Below are positions 1-13,019 of a DNA stretch of 64,000 nt, one piece after another. The stretch is from positions 325,004,001 to 325,068,000 of the forward strand of contig OZ024741.1 of assembly GCA_964016885.1 (NCBI GenBank), written 5' to 3'. The notes under the pieces are model-generated. The model made no database searches, was not told where the DNA came from, and saw only the letters and a program-made list of their open reading frames with translations. The stretch is from Eledone cirrhosa (lineage: Eukaryota). The first letter of the stretch is position 1. Every line of letters begins with the position of its first letter. The position numbers were made by a program, and so were the translations under genes.

Positions 1-259
1 TATTGTTTATAAATTTTGAAATTGATATTTTTCTTGGGGAGGACGGCTCCAGAATCTAACCTTGCCTAGTGTGCCAGATAGTCTGTCGCTGTCCCTCCAT
101 ATAGAAACATATGTATGTGCCCACAATAAAGTTAAAACATACAGATACACAAATACAGTAATATCCATTCCTGCACACACCCAAACATAAATAGACATAC
201 ATAATTATCGAGTTCATGTCTAAATTCCAATGAAAGAGTTTTGTTTCTGTTAAAAACCG

Positions 260-292
<33 letters not shown>

Positions 293-515
293 CCTATCTA
301 TTTATCTCTCTATTGGTGAAAATGTTTTAAAATAAAATAATGGTTTCTGATTTAAGCACAAGGCCAAAATGTTTTAATCGACCTCAGTATGTTACTGGTA
401 CTTTATTTTATCGACCCCGTAAGGATGAAAGGCAAAGCCAACATCGGCGGGATTGTTTTAAAATGTGTTTTAAAATAAATTTTTAAAATAACAAAACTTA
501 AAAAATATACATACG

Positions 516-591
<76 letters not shown>

Positions 592-736
592 CATATATAT
601 ACACACACACGCGCACACATATATATATATATATATAATTTCCTATTTCTAAAGAAACACGGTATGTTTACAGGTAAACATACCGCGTTTCTTTATGCCT
701 GAAGCTAAATCCTAATTTTATTCTCTATCTCTCTCT

Positions 737-858
<122 letters not shown>

Positions 859-2653
859 TAAACTTAAACCAAAATCTCCTCAATTTGGGGGATATAAGTT
901 AAACCGGCTAAAATTCACTCTCCCATTTTTTGTGACCCTAGAGCCCTTGTCCCTTCCATTCATTTTCCGTTTTTAAATAACTGTAGTGTTGTTGTTATTT
1001 GAAAGATTGTTTACGATTTTTTAAAATCATATTTAGCTGATAGATAAAAACAGAGAGAAGAAGGTTTACAAAATGCAGCCGAATGTTATACACAGATATT
1101 CTATACTAATTTCCTATATGCTGTAAGAAAGTCAAAGAGAAGATTAAAAAAATAAACATAACTTACCAATTCTGTAGTTATTCACTCACGCATGTATATA
1201 TATTTATATATATACACACATGCAAAAACATGTATAATATATATGTATATATATGTGTGTATGTGTATATGTATTAAATCAATATTATTTATCTATATGT
1301 ATATATCTTTATATATACAAATATAAATATATAAAAATATATATATAGATGTATATATATATATTATATCCCTTGGCGGTATATATAAAATAGTTAGACC
1401 AGTTGATAAACAATGTCAGACAATCTATCATCTGCCACTGTAATTATTGAAATGATGTTACCTGGTCATGTATGTGTGTATGTGGGATTATGTGAGTGTG
1501 TGATTATGTGTGTGTAATTTGCTGTTTGTGTGTGTGTGTATGATTTTGTATGTTTATGTATATGTGGCTCGTCATATATGACGTGTTAGTGTATGTCCGT
1601 ATGTGATTGTGTGCGTATATGTATGTGCGTGTGCCTGTAATTTAAATGTATGTATGTGTATGTGGTCACATTCATAGATATATATGTATGAGGGGGTGGT
1701 ATGTGTATGTGTGTGTATGTGTATTTGTGTGTATGTATGTAGTTATGTGTCTGTTAGTTTCTGTGTGTATGTGAGTGACGGGAGGGGGGAGAAGCTTAAC
1801 TTTTTTCTCTCTTTCCTTGTCCTTCCACTGCACTTCTCTCTCTACCCCCTCACTATTTCTCTCCTCGTCTCGTCCTCTCTCCCCCTTTTACTTTCTCTGC
1901 ATGATAATTCGTCCCTCCTACCTTTACCACAATAACCTGTCCACTTTTCTCCCTTCTCTCTCCTCTCACTTAGACTTGTCTCCCTCGCTCTCCTCATTTT
2001 CTCTTTCTCTAATACCTCCATATATGTATGTATGTGTATGTTTTTCTAGATGTTAATGGGTATACATATTTTCTGACGTACCTCCCTTATTTAGCTAACC
2101 ATCTCATTATAGTTCTACCTGTATTTATATTTGTTAGGTCTTAGTACGTGTGTTGCGGGGAGGGGGGGGGGCGTCGTCCATGGCCTATAGCAGTCATACC
2201 CAGACAGGTGTGAGGCGATTCGATTCAGTGGATATGGCCGTTTGCCTATCTATTCATCTACCTGTCAGCAATTTTATATATATTGTAAATACTTATTGCC
2301 CGACGACTGAGGCCACGCCGTTTCGAAATGGCATGAGTTCAGTTGCCGGGCACTAACTATTTACGATACATAAACTCTACTTTGACTGCACATTGGACAA
2401 CAGTCCTTATTCCCTTCTGTTTTACTATTTTTCTCCTTTGGCTAAGCCCTTGTGCACTCTATATTTGTGTAATTTTCATAAAGGCATAACTTGTCTCTAC
2501 CTATTTTGTTATGTCCCAATGTGTACTGGAATGAATGGTATCTACCTTTATGTACCGAAACCGAAACCGTAGTGATTTCTAGAGGCTGACTGAGATGGAA
2601 ATGTCCGTCTTTTCAGGTTATTTCCATTGCCTTTTTCCTGTGTGCACCCTATT

Positions 2654-2743
<90 letters not shown>

Positions 2744-2977
2744 TTATGGAGTTATTTTAATTACAGGGGACAACTGTAAGTTTTTAACTCAATAAATACT
2801 TTTGATAATTTCGACTCCTATAAATTTGTTGAGCTTTTATGTCGAATGATCTGGCAGCTATTTTTCTTGGTAGTTTACGTTCTGCTCGACCCGCTAGGTA
2901 CGGGACAACGGGTACGTTTTTCTTTCTTCTTTGTCCAGTCTTCTAAGATATTTAGTAGTGTTGAGATTATTGATCTG

Positions 2978-3059
2978 AACATCCACTGATGAGCATATGG
3001 ATTAGTAACTCTCTGCACTTGGTTGCGAAACAGTTCTACCAAAAAACTGTCTGGCTGTT
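2978..3059 (+). ncRNA. Type I hammerhead ribozyme, intact core
   Basis: aacatcca-CTGATGA-gca...tgc-GAAACAGT-loop-ACTGTC^tggctgtt. Stem I pairs 7/8, stem II is closed by GCA/TGC, stem III is ACAGT/ACTGT, and the GUC cleavage site falls after 3051. Confidence 0.8.
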
Positions 3060-3245
3060 GGTAGTTACTATAATACGGTTTGTTTTCTTAATTTATCCTT
3101 TTAATTGAGTCTAGCGAACCGTATTATCCATAGTTTATAATTTCTTTACCCTGGCGGTATGCGTCCCTTGTGATTTGAACGCATATATGTATATATCTAT
3201 GTTTTTTCTCCCTTTATTATATATATATATATATACATACATATG

Positions 3246-3295
<50 letters not shown>

Positions 3296-3380
3296 CACCA
3301 CCACCCCACTCTCCAGAGCGTGAAATTAATAAACATTCGTTGTACTGCCTCTCTGTTTTGTTCCTGTTCAAATTTTCCAT

Positions 3381-3411
<31 letters not shown>

Positions 3412-3455
3412 AAGTTAAATAAAAGTCAAATGATTAAAATTTAGCTTCGTTTATT

Positions 3456-3510
3456 ACTGCTATATATATTTCAGTGACAGCCATCTTTGGCTGTGACCTC
3501 TTCAGGCAGT
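3456..3510 (-). ncRNA. Minimal type I hammerhead ribozyme (inverted copy of 4180-4234)
   Basis: Exact reverse complement of the motif at 4180-4234. Confidence 0.85.
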
Positions 3511-4179
3511 TTGAATTAGTATGGTATAGACAAGTACATATGTTGTTTAGGTGTATGATATTGTCAATACTCTGATATGCCCAGTTCCTTGTTGGGTTGT
3601 TAATTCACTGGGGAACTGGAGTCATATGAATTCAAACAAACGAATTTTAGTGTCACAGGTCCCCTTCTCCTCTCATTGGTCAGTTATTAGTGTTGTCATT
3701 GTTGGAGTTAGCTTAAAAATTGATAAAATGGTAGAAGGGACAAGGTGTTGAAGGAACAAAATATCAAAAAATGTGTCAAACTTCCCATTGTTCAGTTCTG
3801 AGAGCATTCCTCAGTCAGAAGTCTATAGAATTCTTTCTGGGGTGAGGCTCCCTGTAGTGTTTATGCCTGCTATTGTTCAGTACATTTGACCTCCACCATT
3901 ATTTTGGTACTGTTGTTGTTGTAGTGGTCAGCTTATATCTTGCTGCTGCTAACAATTTAGAAGTATTCAGTTTGTGACAACACTACAACAATGACAACAC
4001 TAATAACTGACCAATGAGAGGAGAAGGGGACCTGTGACACTAAAATTCGTTTGTTTGAATTCATATGACTCCAGTTCCCCAGTGAATTAACAACCCAACA
4101 AGGAACTGGGCATATCAGAGTATTGACAATATCATACACCTAAACAACATATGTACTTGTCTATACCATACTAATTCAA

Positions 4180-4234
4180 ACTGCCTGAAGAGGTCACAGC
4201 CAAAGATGGCTGTCACTGAAATATATATAGCAGT
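4180..4234 (+). ncRNA. Minimal type I hammerhead ribozyme, intact core
   Basis: actgc-CTGAAGA-ggtcacagcca aaga tggctgtcact-GAAAT ATAT ATA^gcagt. Stem III loop is palindromic and the cleavage triplet is AUA. Confidence 0.85.
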
Positions 4235-4989
4235 AATAAACGAAGCTAAATTTTAATCATTTGACTTTTATTTAACTTTATTTTACACTACTCCGGAGTA
4301 ACCAAACCAACCTGCGCACTTCGTCGAGTGCTCCAGCCTGCATACTGAGGTGTTGGTATACAACCAACATAAACTCAAAATCTATATATATATATATATA
4401 TATATATATGGTTAGGAAAGCAGAAAATTGTTTATTGTAATCCAGTTCGTGGTTATAGCCAGTTTCTTGGACGGCGTCCAACGTACGGTTAGGGGTAACT
4501 CCAAATTTGGAGGTGAATAACAGTTATTATCGAGTGGCTGCTATTTGGAGTATAGCGATATAAGGTTGCGCTTACCAATGAAACGGTCGTAAATACCTGG
4601 ATAAAATCCTTTTTTAATGCTTACCTGTGTTTTCTCTTTTATTCTATATATATATAGAGAGAAAGAGAGAGACAGAAAGAGAGGGGGGTTATTACACTAA
4701 TTTCAGGTACAATGTTTTTCTGGCCATTCGTTTAAGATTTTTATTGAAACAGTCCCCAGTTCTTCGGCCTCTATTGACACAAACTATATTCTTTTCCTTC
4801 AAATGTAAAAGAGTCCTAAAAAGGAAAAAATATATAGGGAGATATGTTTTAGATCTTGATAATGTTAAAGGAAAAGCAAAGGAGGTAATTTGATAGGTGA
4901 TAAGAGAAATAAATATAGTCTAACAAAAATTAACAGTTGTAACTATATAGAACTTTAAATATTCTTCACTAAACTGCACTACATTATAT

Positions 4990-5176
4990 GTGGATTGGCA
5001 GTATCGGCAGAGGGTCGGACGCCATGCTTTGCAGCAAAGAGTTACGGCCCTTTATGGTCTGAGTTCAAATCCTGCCGAGGTTAACTTTGCCTTTCATCCT
5101 TACGGGGTCGATAAAATAAAGTACCAGTAATACACTGGAATAATTGCTGGCCTTGTGCCAAAAGTAGAAACAATTA
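4990..5176 (+). mobile_element. tRNA-derived SINE with Meta-SINE-like central domain (representative full copy)
   Basis: A/B boxes plus the conserved gcctttcatccttacggggtcgataaaataaagtaccag domain. Other copies lie at about 340-455(-), 15516-15625, 20548-20678, 31630-32220, 45495-45715, 46362-46540(-), 47233-47380, 49487-49668(-), 51325-51512, 53560-53705(-), 58125-58338(-) and 59400-59850. Confidence 0.85.
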
Positions 5177-5215
5177 TATATACATAGTCTATTTCCATGC
5201 CAAGTCAGGTTGAGT

Positions 5216-5268
5216 GAGTGTCACTGACGAAGGATCAAGAAATTTTGAAACAGCGCTGCCTGACATTC
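5216..5268 (+). ncRNA. Type I hammerhead fold with mutated cleavage triplet
   Basis: gagtgtca-CTGACGA-aggat caagaa atttt-GAAACAGCGCTGCC-tgacattc. Stem I is 8 bp and stem III is palindromic, but the triplet is GCC instead of GUC. Confidence 0.65.
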
Positions 5269-5470
5269 TGAAAATGTACTAGCAACTCTGTAATATATTC
5301 ACATAAGAAAATAAAATTATTATGTCAAGAAAAACTATTTTTATAAATTAAAAAAAAGTGTTATTAAACAGTTAAAAGTTTTGGTTTGTAAAAATTCTAA
5401 GCTGTTCACTAGAATTATTTGTATGTTGGATTTTACGTTGTATGTAAGTTTAATTTGCTTATGTTAAATG

Positions 5471-6762
5471 ATTTTTTTTACTCTTAGGGATGGCCTCTGC
5501 TTCTAAAATGACGTGCCTGGACTGTTTGACGTTATTGGGGTGCCGTTTGTGCCCAAGGAGTGGCGGCTATTTATAGACAGCTCCACCATAAGTTTGAAGG
5601 CTGTCCTCCTCCACAATGGAAACAAGTTCCCGACACTGCCCCTAGCTCATTCAGTCTGCCTGAAGGAAGATTACTACAGTGTGAAAGTCCTCTTGGAAGC
5701 TCTGCAATACAACCAGTACAATTGGGAAATCATTGGAGACTTCAAGATGGTGGCTTTCCTGCTTGGACTCCAAGGAGGCTTTATCAAATTCCAATGCTTC
5801 CTCTGCCTTTGGGACAGCAGAGCCACCTCTGACCACTACAAAAGAAAGAACTGGGAGCAGCGAACAGAATTTGTAGTTGGGACCCGGAACGTCATGTGGG
5901 AGCCACTGGTTGATCCCAGGATTGTGCTCATGCCGCCACTGCACATTAAGTTGGGGTTGATGAAGCAGTTTGTGAAGGCTCTCAACCAAGAATCAACCAC
6001 TTTTAAGTACCTTCTTGAGTTCTTCCCCAAGTTATCTGAGGCGAAAATCAAAGGTGGAATTTTTGTTGGACCTCAGATAAAGAAGGTGTTTGAGTCTACC
6101 GAGTTCTCCAATAAGCTCAATAGGCTTGAGAGAACAGGATGGAACTGTTTCAAGGCAGTTGTTAAGGGCTTCCTGGGCAACTACAGAGCTGAAAACTACC
6201 AGCAACTGGTGCAGGATCTGATAAAGGCTTTTGGCGCCATGGGATGCAGGATGTCGCTTAAACTCCATATGCTGGACGCTCACCTGGAAAAATTCAAGGA
6301 CAATATGGGCGGCTACTCAGAAGAACAAGGCGAACGATTCTACCAAGATGTGAAAGCGATAGAGCGGAGGTACGAGGGCCACTACAATGAAAAAATGATG
6401 GGTGACTATATCTGGGGACTAGGGCGAGAATGCGACCTGGACTACAACCGCAAATCCAGGAAATCCAATCATTTCTGACGTGTATAAGTTGCTTTATAAG
6501 TGTTATTTGTTTTTACTTGTTTACTTTTTATAAGCTTGTGTAATAAAATAAATAAATATATACTCTGTTGATTTAATCATATGAACTGATAATTTTTTTT
6601 AAAATGTGTTTTTTCTTGAAAAATATGAAAATTTCGAAATATCAAACTCCTGACCACAAACCCAAACTTTTGATTAAATAAGAGTGTTTTTTATAATAAT
6701 GGGATATAGCAAACCAGGAAATGACACTTAGAATCGGGGATCAAAAAATATGTTACACGGTG
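5471..6762 (+). mobile_element. Chapaev3 (CMC/Transib-related) DNA transposon, 5'-truncated
   Basis: Transposase motifs FIDSS..LKAVLLHNGN, GDFKMVAFLLGLQGG..CFLC.WDSRA, PPLHIKLG, KLH...AH and SEEQGERF. The 3' terminus is TGTTACACGGTG at 6751-6762. No matching 5' TIR was found. Confidence 0.8.
5513..6478 (+). pseudogene. Chapaev3-like DDE transposase catalytic core (321-codon open frame, in-frame TAA at 5504 just upstream)
   Basis: Appears in the ORF track. D/D/E and CxxC+HxxxxH motifs are arranged as in the Transib/RAG1 core. The N-terminal DNA-binding part is missing. Confidence 0.8.
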
Positions 6763-7165
6763 TAATTTATGGAGAAAAACTCTGCATTTCAATATTATTC
6801 AATGTAAAATGCAATGCATGAAAAAATGGAAAACATTATTTTTTGTAATAAATCAAATCAAAATTACATTATTAAATCTTATTCTTATTTTGTTTCTTGT
6901 AAATAATCTTTTTCAAAATATCAATTCAAAACTCGATCATTTCATTTTTGTGTAAAGCATTATTTTCAAATTAGAAATTCAAAGTTTAATTATTTATTTT
7001 TTAACATAATAAATACATGAAAATATATTTCATACTTTGTCCTAATGAAGAACTTCAGGGTAAACAACATTTCTTGTCTTTCTTTGATTGGCTAAAATGT
7101 AGAGATTTTTTGAAGTTCCAGTCTTTGTAATGACAACAGCAGAGGCCCGATTAGCTTTCGATTAT

Positions 7166-7237
<72 letters not shown>

Positions 7238-7365
7238 GTATGTATTCTGATGGACTAGCGTCCGAAACGTTAAGACCCTCTTCCTACTATATCAAGCGTT
7301 AACCTAATATATCCCTTCATATACTGTACCGATTGTGTTGTTATTTCTGTTTACCTTTTACATAC

Positions 7366-7464
<99 letters not shown>

Positions 7465-7568
7465 ATTATGTAATAAACAACACAATATAACTATTCCATT
7501 ACCGTCTGAGATCACTCATCAGCAGGAATATTTATTTGGATTTAAGATATCTTATATCCAAATAAAGA

Positions 7569-7635
7569 TTCCTTCTGATGAACGATATCAGATGTTTCTG
7601 TTAGAATCGTCTACGTGAAACCGTGGGTAATGGAA
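7569..7635 (+). ncRNA. Type I hammerhead ribozyme candidate
   Basis: ttcctt-CTGATGA-acgat...atcgt ctacgt-GAAACC gtg GGTA^atggaa. Same family as the motif at 14171-14242. Confidence 0.55.
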
Positions 7636-7656
7636 CAATTATATTGTGTTGTTTAT

Positions 7657-7895
<239 letters not shown>

Positions 7896-8030
7896 GGTAA
7901 ACAGAAATATAACAATACAATCGGTACAGTATTTGGAAGGGATATATTAGGTTAACGCTTGATATAACAGGAAGAAGAGCACTCTTCTTTCCTTTACCTT
8001 TTCCACGGAAATACTTATTATATATCATAA

Positions 8031-9441
8031 TCTATAAAGCTAAGTGTATTGTCACATTTCTTTGTTATAGAAATCTACGATATAGAATTTCTTCAATTGA
8101 AATTTACAATTCAGTAATTGAAATTTACAATTCAGTATTCGAAATAGCTTCAATTGGGTCATGGCACATATATTTTTTTCAATTTCACCCACAATTACGC
8201 AAAAAATCGATAAAACTCAATATTTTACGATTTTCCTCTCTCTTTCCATTACCATTCAAAATCTATACAACTTCATACTTTCTGCTACTTTCTCTTTCCA
8301 AGCTGAAACAACACGTAAAATGAAACTAAATTATTCTTTTCATTTTACATTGTTCATGTTGATGGTGATACTGTCCGTTGTACTCTCTCATATCATCTGC
8401 TAACCTCTATCTACAACCCACACATTTTGCTACTTTCTCTTTTATACTAAATTTGGTGTATTCACCGTTAGCAGCTACGCGCATCTTTTAAAAATGTGAG
8501 TTACAATGTTTTTCAATCGTTCTAACTTTTAGTTGCTTCAAACTTAATGATTTATTTACAAACACATACAAACACACACTCACATAAATTGATCAAAAAA
8601 AATGTAAAGCAATTAAACAACGTGCGGGATTTATAACCACAAATACACACTTCATTAAAAAATAAACTAATAATTTGCGACAATTCTTTTCTTTAAATCG
8701 TAAAATTAAACGACATAATTATTTTCATTTTCGGCTGTTAATTTTTATGGGGATACTAAACAACTCCTGACCCAGAGGACGTCATCAACTATCCAATAGA
8801 GGTACTCAATTCCTTTGAGCCCCCGGACTACCACCACACATTCTCAAACTTAAAGTTGGTGCCCCTATAATGCTCATTAGAAATTTGGTTCCCCCGAAAC
8901 AATGCAATGGCACACGTTTGATCGTTAAGTCCTTAACTCCCAATCTGATTGAGGCCACGATTATCACAGGGTGCGGTCGAGGCAACGTTGTTTCAACTCA
9001 TACACTTTACAGACTAAACAACAAAAACATTAGCCACATTAACGTACAATTTCGTTTATTCTAAATGTGAGTCTTCAAACTGATTTATTTATTTGCAAAC
9101 ACATACAAACACACACTCACATCAAATGAATAATTAAACTTTAAATCAATTTAACCACGTGCCGGATTTCTAACCACACATACACACTTCATTAACAAAT
9201 AAAAATTCTAATTTGCGACAATTATTTTCTTTCAATCGTAAAATCAAACGACATAATTATTTTCATTTTCGGTTGTTAATCTTCATGGGGATATATATAT
9301 TCGTATACAGATATTTTTGCATACACAGTAACAACATATAAACAAACGCATTTATTTGACGAGGCTCGATAAGGATAAATATATATCAAATATATAAGAA
9401 CCCTAGAGCAAATCCTGAGCAACGCCAGGCCATTCTGCTAG
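8031..9441 (+). mobile_element. Non-autonomous Helitron with a Pif1 helicase fragment
   Basis: 5' end a|TCTATAAAG. 3' end has the hairpin cctgagcaacgccagg followed by CTAG|t. An internal direct repeat occurs at about 8495-8755 and 9063-9292. Confidence 0.85.
8763..8990 (+). pseudogene. Helitron RepHel Pif1-helicase fragment
   Basis: [19 protein letters not shown]-(frameshift in C run)[54 protein letters not shown]. Confidence 0.88.
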
Positions 9442-10712
9442 TATATATATATATATATAGTAATAAAGATATTTATATTTATATATGTTTAATATAACTA
9501 TAAATATGTAGGGTAGTACTAAGTACTAGCCGGTTACCGGTATGACAAAAGGCTCAATGCAAATTTTCAAGTGTTTTACAGAGCCGAGATACAAAGTGAT
9601 AAAACGATCAAATTTTAGTTTAGAACATTTATTTGCTGACAATTGTTTCTTCCAGAGGGGAGTCTTGATTCATCGGAGCATAGGGAATGTCGAAACATGT
9701 GATTAAAATCCTAGTCATTCAGAATATATAGGGTACATAATTGTTTTTAGTGTCAAAGGCATCATGTGGAGAATCAGGAGTTAAAAAGAGAGAACACGAT
9801 TACAGGCAGCACTTGTTGAAAGTGTAAGAGGGATAAGCAAAGAGTACAGGCAAAAAAGTTTCGAAGTTACGAAGGATGTTGATTTTACATATATATTTAA
9901 GAAAAAGACGTAGTTCAAATTGTAAGAGAAGAACAATTTGTAGATTCAAATATTTTCATCCAACATTGAAAATATTTTCAGAATATTATTAATTTAGCGA
10001 AATTACATAATTTATCATACAAGTTATTATGTCTATGTTTGCTCAATTGTAAAGAAAAAGATAACTCCAATATTATTTGTTAAACTATTAGATTTGATGA
10101 ATAATTTTCTTAGAAAATGCGGAAAGTGTGTAGAGAAAATTATATATTATTTTGTGTGAGATTATAAGGTATTTTATATTACATGTTTTCAATTATATAT
10201 TATCTACGTCGAAAGATGTGTGAAAAGTTTGAAGATTATATTTATACACTTATTCATCTATATAGATATTTATATACTTACAACCTGTTGCAATATAATA
10301 AGATAAAATGTACTTACAACCATAATTCTTCATATAATCTAATTGATTATATATATAATATTATACTCATAATTTATAACTCATAATTTAGCTAAATATT
10401 TTTTAAATTCTGGAATCATATTCCGCCACTCCAACAAACTGTTAATTCTTAACATTTCAATATTTTTAAATTCACGTAAATACAAGCTTTTCTTTCTCTT
10501 TCTTCTGCCTACACATACACATATATATCCTAATAATTATTTAAATCTACCTAGCGTCTAAAAATAACGTTTTTTTTCAGCCCTATACCTCAACCTCATT
10601 TGCATATTCATCTTAATAATTTGAAATATTTGATTTTTCCTCTCTTTCCCCTCTTGCCTTTTACTATCCAGGTAAAACTTGAACCGTTAAGATCTCGTTC
10701 CTGGATATGTCA

Positions 10713-10813
10713 ATATTTATAAAACAAACTTTGTATTTTATCTGATGAGAGCGTACCAAAGTTTTGGTACCCTTGAAATATATATAATAGAATAAATTTG
10801 GTTTTATAAATAT
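10713..10813 (+). ncRNA. Type I hammerhead ribozyme with long stem I
   Basis: atatttataaaacaaactttgtattttat-CTGATGA-gagcgtaccaaa g ttttggtaccctt-GAAAT ATAT ATA^atagaataaatttggttttataaatat. The flanks are complementary over about 27 nt. Confidence 0.75.
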
Positions 10814-11662
10814 AGTTTCCATTATTAATATCAATGATATATATATATATAAGAGAGGAAGAGAGAGAGAGGTGGGAGGGGGGAGAATTAAGGTGTTCGC
10901 TCCAACATAGTTGTATACATATAATACATATAAGGATGTATATATTGTATATCTAATGATATGCGGTATGTTTACGAATAAACGTTTGAAAACCTTTAGT
11001 TATGAATTTTGGAAGCTTTCGGGTTCAGCTGAATCAAGAGGGGATTACCGATGACCGTTTACGTCTGATGGTCGTTATCAAAGCAATGCTCCCCTTACCT
11101 CGATTTCTGCTGGAATTCAATATAGGCGAAAACATATAATAGTTTTTACGCCTATTTAATTTATGTGAGTATCGCTTAAAGCTTTCTCTGTTAATGTATT
11201 AAATATTATACTCTTCGATGGCCAGATATGAAAATTCCAGATATTTAGGTATGACTTTCTTTATATATTTTTTATATGAAATATTGATTGCATTTTCCTG
11301 TATCTCATGTCTGCTATTTTTGCCTGAGAAAATATCTATATGTGTGTATAGATGGTGCGTACATATATATATTTTGTTTTTATATCTCTATGTGTGTGTA
11401 GATGGTACGTACATATATTTATTTTTTTAATATCCAATTGAATTCTTAAACACGTGGTTAAAATACCTAACAGGCTTCAATGAGCAACGTGTATATTATT
11501 TTATATTTTACGATGACCTCCCCTTTCTCTTTTGGCGACAGTGTGAATTTTCTTTTTGAAGGACTACTGGCTTTTCAGATTTAGCTGTCCTTCTAGCACT
11601 GACTGAGACCATCACTGATTATTAATATCGATGTAGTTTTTTATAGCGATATTGAATGGGCA

Positions 11663-11965
11663 TCCACTTATTAGTTATAAGGGCCCGCTTGTGTGTATAT
11701 CTATGGATTATATACAAGTTTCTACATAACCTGGACATTATTTATCCCAAATTGTAGAAATCTTATAACGAAACGATCGTATGGAAGGAAAGAGAGATTT
11801 ATTTAATTATGTCTCATATAAAATAATACAACCAACTTTCCACGGAATACTGTATAGTTAGCACCCCAAACACTAAATTGGGATAATACTTAGGTATATC
11901 CTAATGTTTGTTGAGTGAGATGGAGTTGGTCAGAGTATCGATTAAAGCTTTCTCTGTTAATGTAT

Positions 11966-12008
<43 letters not shown>

Positions 12009-12566
12009 TAATCCACTTGGTTGTGGTGGGGCTGACAACGTTGTTAGAACTCAACGTGTCTTAGGAAGGATGGCTGCAGCGAGATTCGGCAGTGTGAAAA
12101 GTAGATTTTGGTGGTAGGTGATCACCGCTTAAGGTATCATCGAAGAAAATCCGTCCGAGTTATAGTCATTTACATATATGTTTGTGCATACAACAATTAA
12201 AAAAAACAGAAGTCAGGTGTAGGTAGACAGAAGTCTTATTAGTTTTACGCTTTATATGGAAAAGGGGAAAGAATATATATATATATATACAATACATAAA
12301 CAGAGAAAGCCTTAAGCGATACTCCGACCAACTCCATCTCACTCAACAAACATTAGGATATACCTAAGTATTATCCCAATTTAGTCTTTGGGCTGCTAAC
12401 TAATCAGTATTTCGTGGATAGCTGGTTGTATTATTTTATATGAGACATTATTAAATAAATATCTCTTTCCTTCCAGACGGCCGTTTCGTTATAAGATTTC
12501 TACAATTTGGGATAAATAATTTCCACGTTATGTAGAAACTTGTATATAATCCATAGTTTTATACAC
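11663..12566. mobile_element. Inverted-repeat element (arms about 11694-11969 and 12290-12566) with decayed hammerhead
   Basis: Diverged inverted arms. tcca-CTTATTA-gttataag...cttataac-GAAAC GATC GTA^tgga lies at 11663-11785, and the other arm reads GAAAC GGCC GTC tgga. Confidence 0.6.
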
Positions 12567-13019
12567 TGACAAAAACCTATGCTGCTAAAAATAGTAGCCT
12601 GATTTACACGACATTTAAATTAGCTCAACGAGACGGAGTCGACTGGAGCTATTTAATTGTAAGAGACTATTTTGAGTTTCTAACTCAATATCTGATATAT
12701 ATATATATATATATAGAAAGATAAATATAATAAATGTTCGGTAAACCCATACATACGTATATATATGTGTGCATATATGTATATATATACATACGACTGT
12801 ACGTCTGTATACATATATGTATGTACGTATACATACTTATATTTAAGTAACAGCCGTACTAAGAGTGAGAAATGAAATTTCGTTTCATTTTTTCCATTTA
12901 TCGCTTTCGGTACGCCCGGCCGACTAACTCATTCGATATGCAAATTAGGCTGCTCAGCCGTTAATATGCATAAGGAAAGTATATACTTTCAGACGTTCAA
13001 TCATCTGGCAGGAAGGTAT

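Larger units (their letters stand above)
3405..4382. mobile_element. Non-coding Penelope-like/retrozyme element with 300-bp inverted repeat (arms 3405-3704 and 3986-4285), between (TA)n tracts
   Basis: The arms are near-perfect reverse complements, and each carries a hammerhead followed by AATAAA. A homologous copy lies at 48175-48886. Confidence 0.7.

Noticed and set aside
3551-4139. Duplicated 60-66 aa ORFs (MYDIVNTLICP...)
   Set aside because: They are a by-product of the inverted repeat, use non-ATG starts, and the frame is not conserved in the 48-kb copy.
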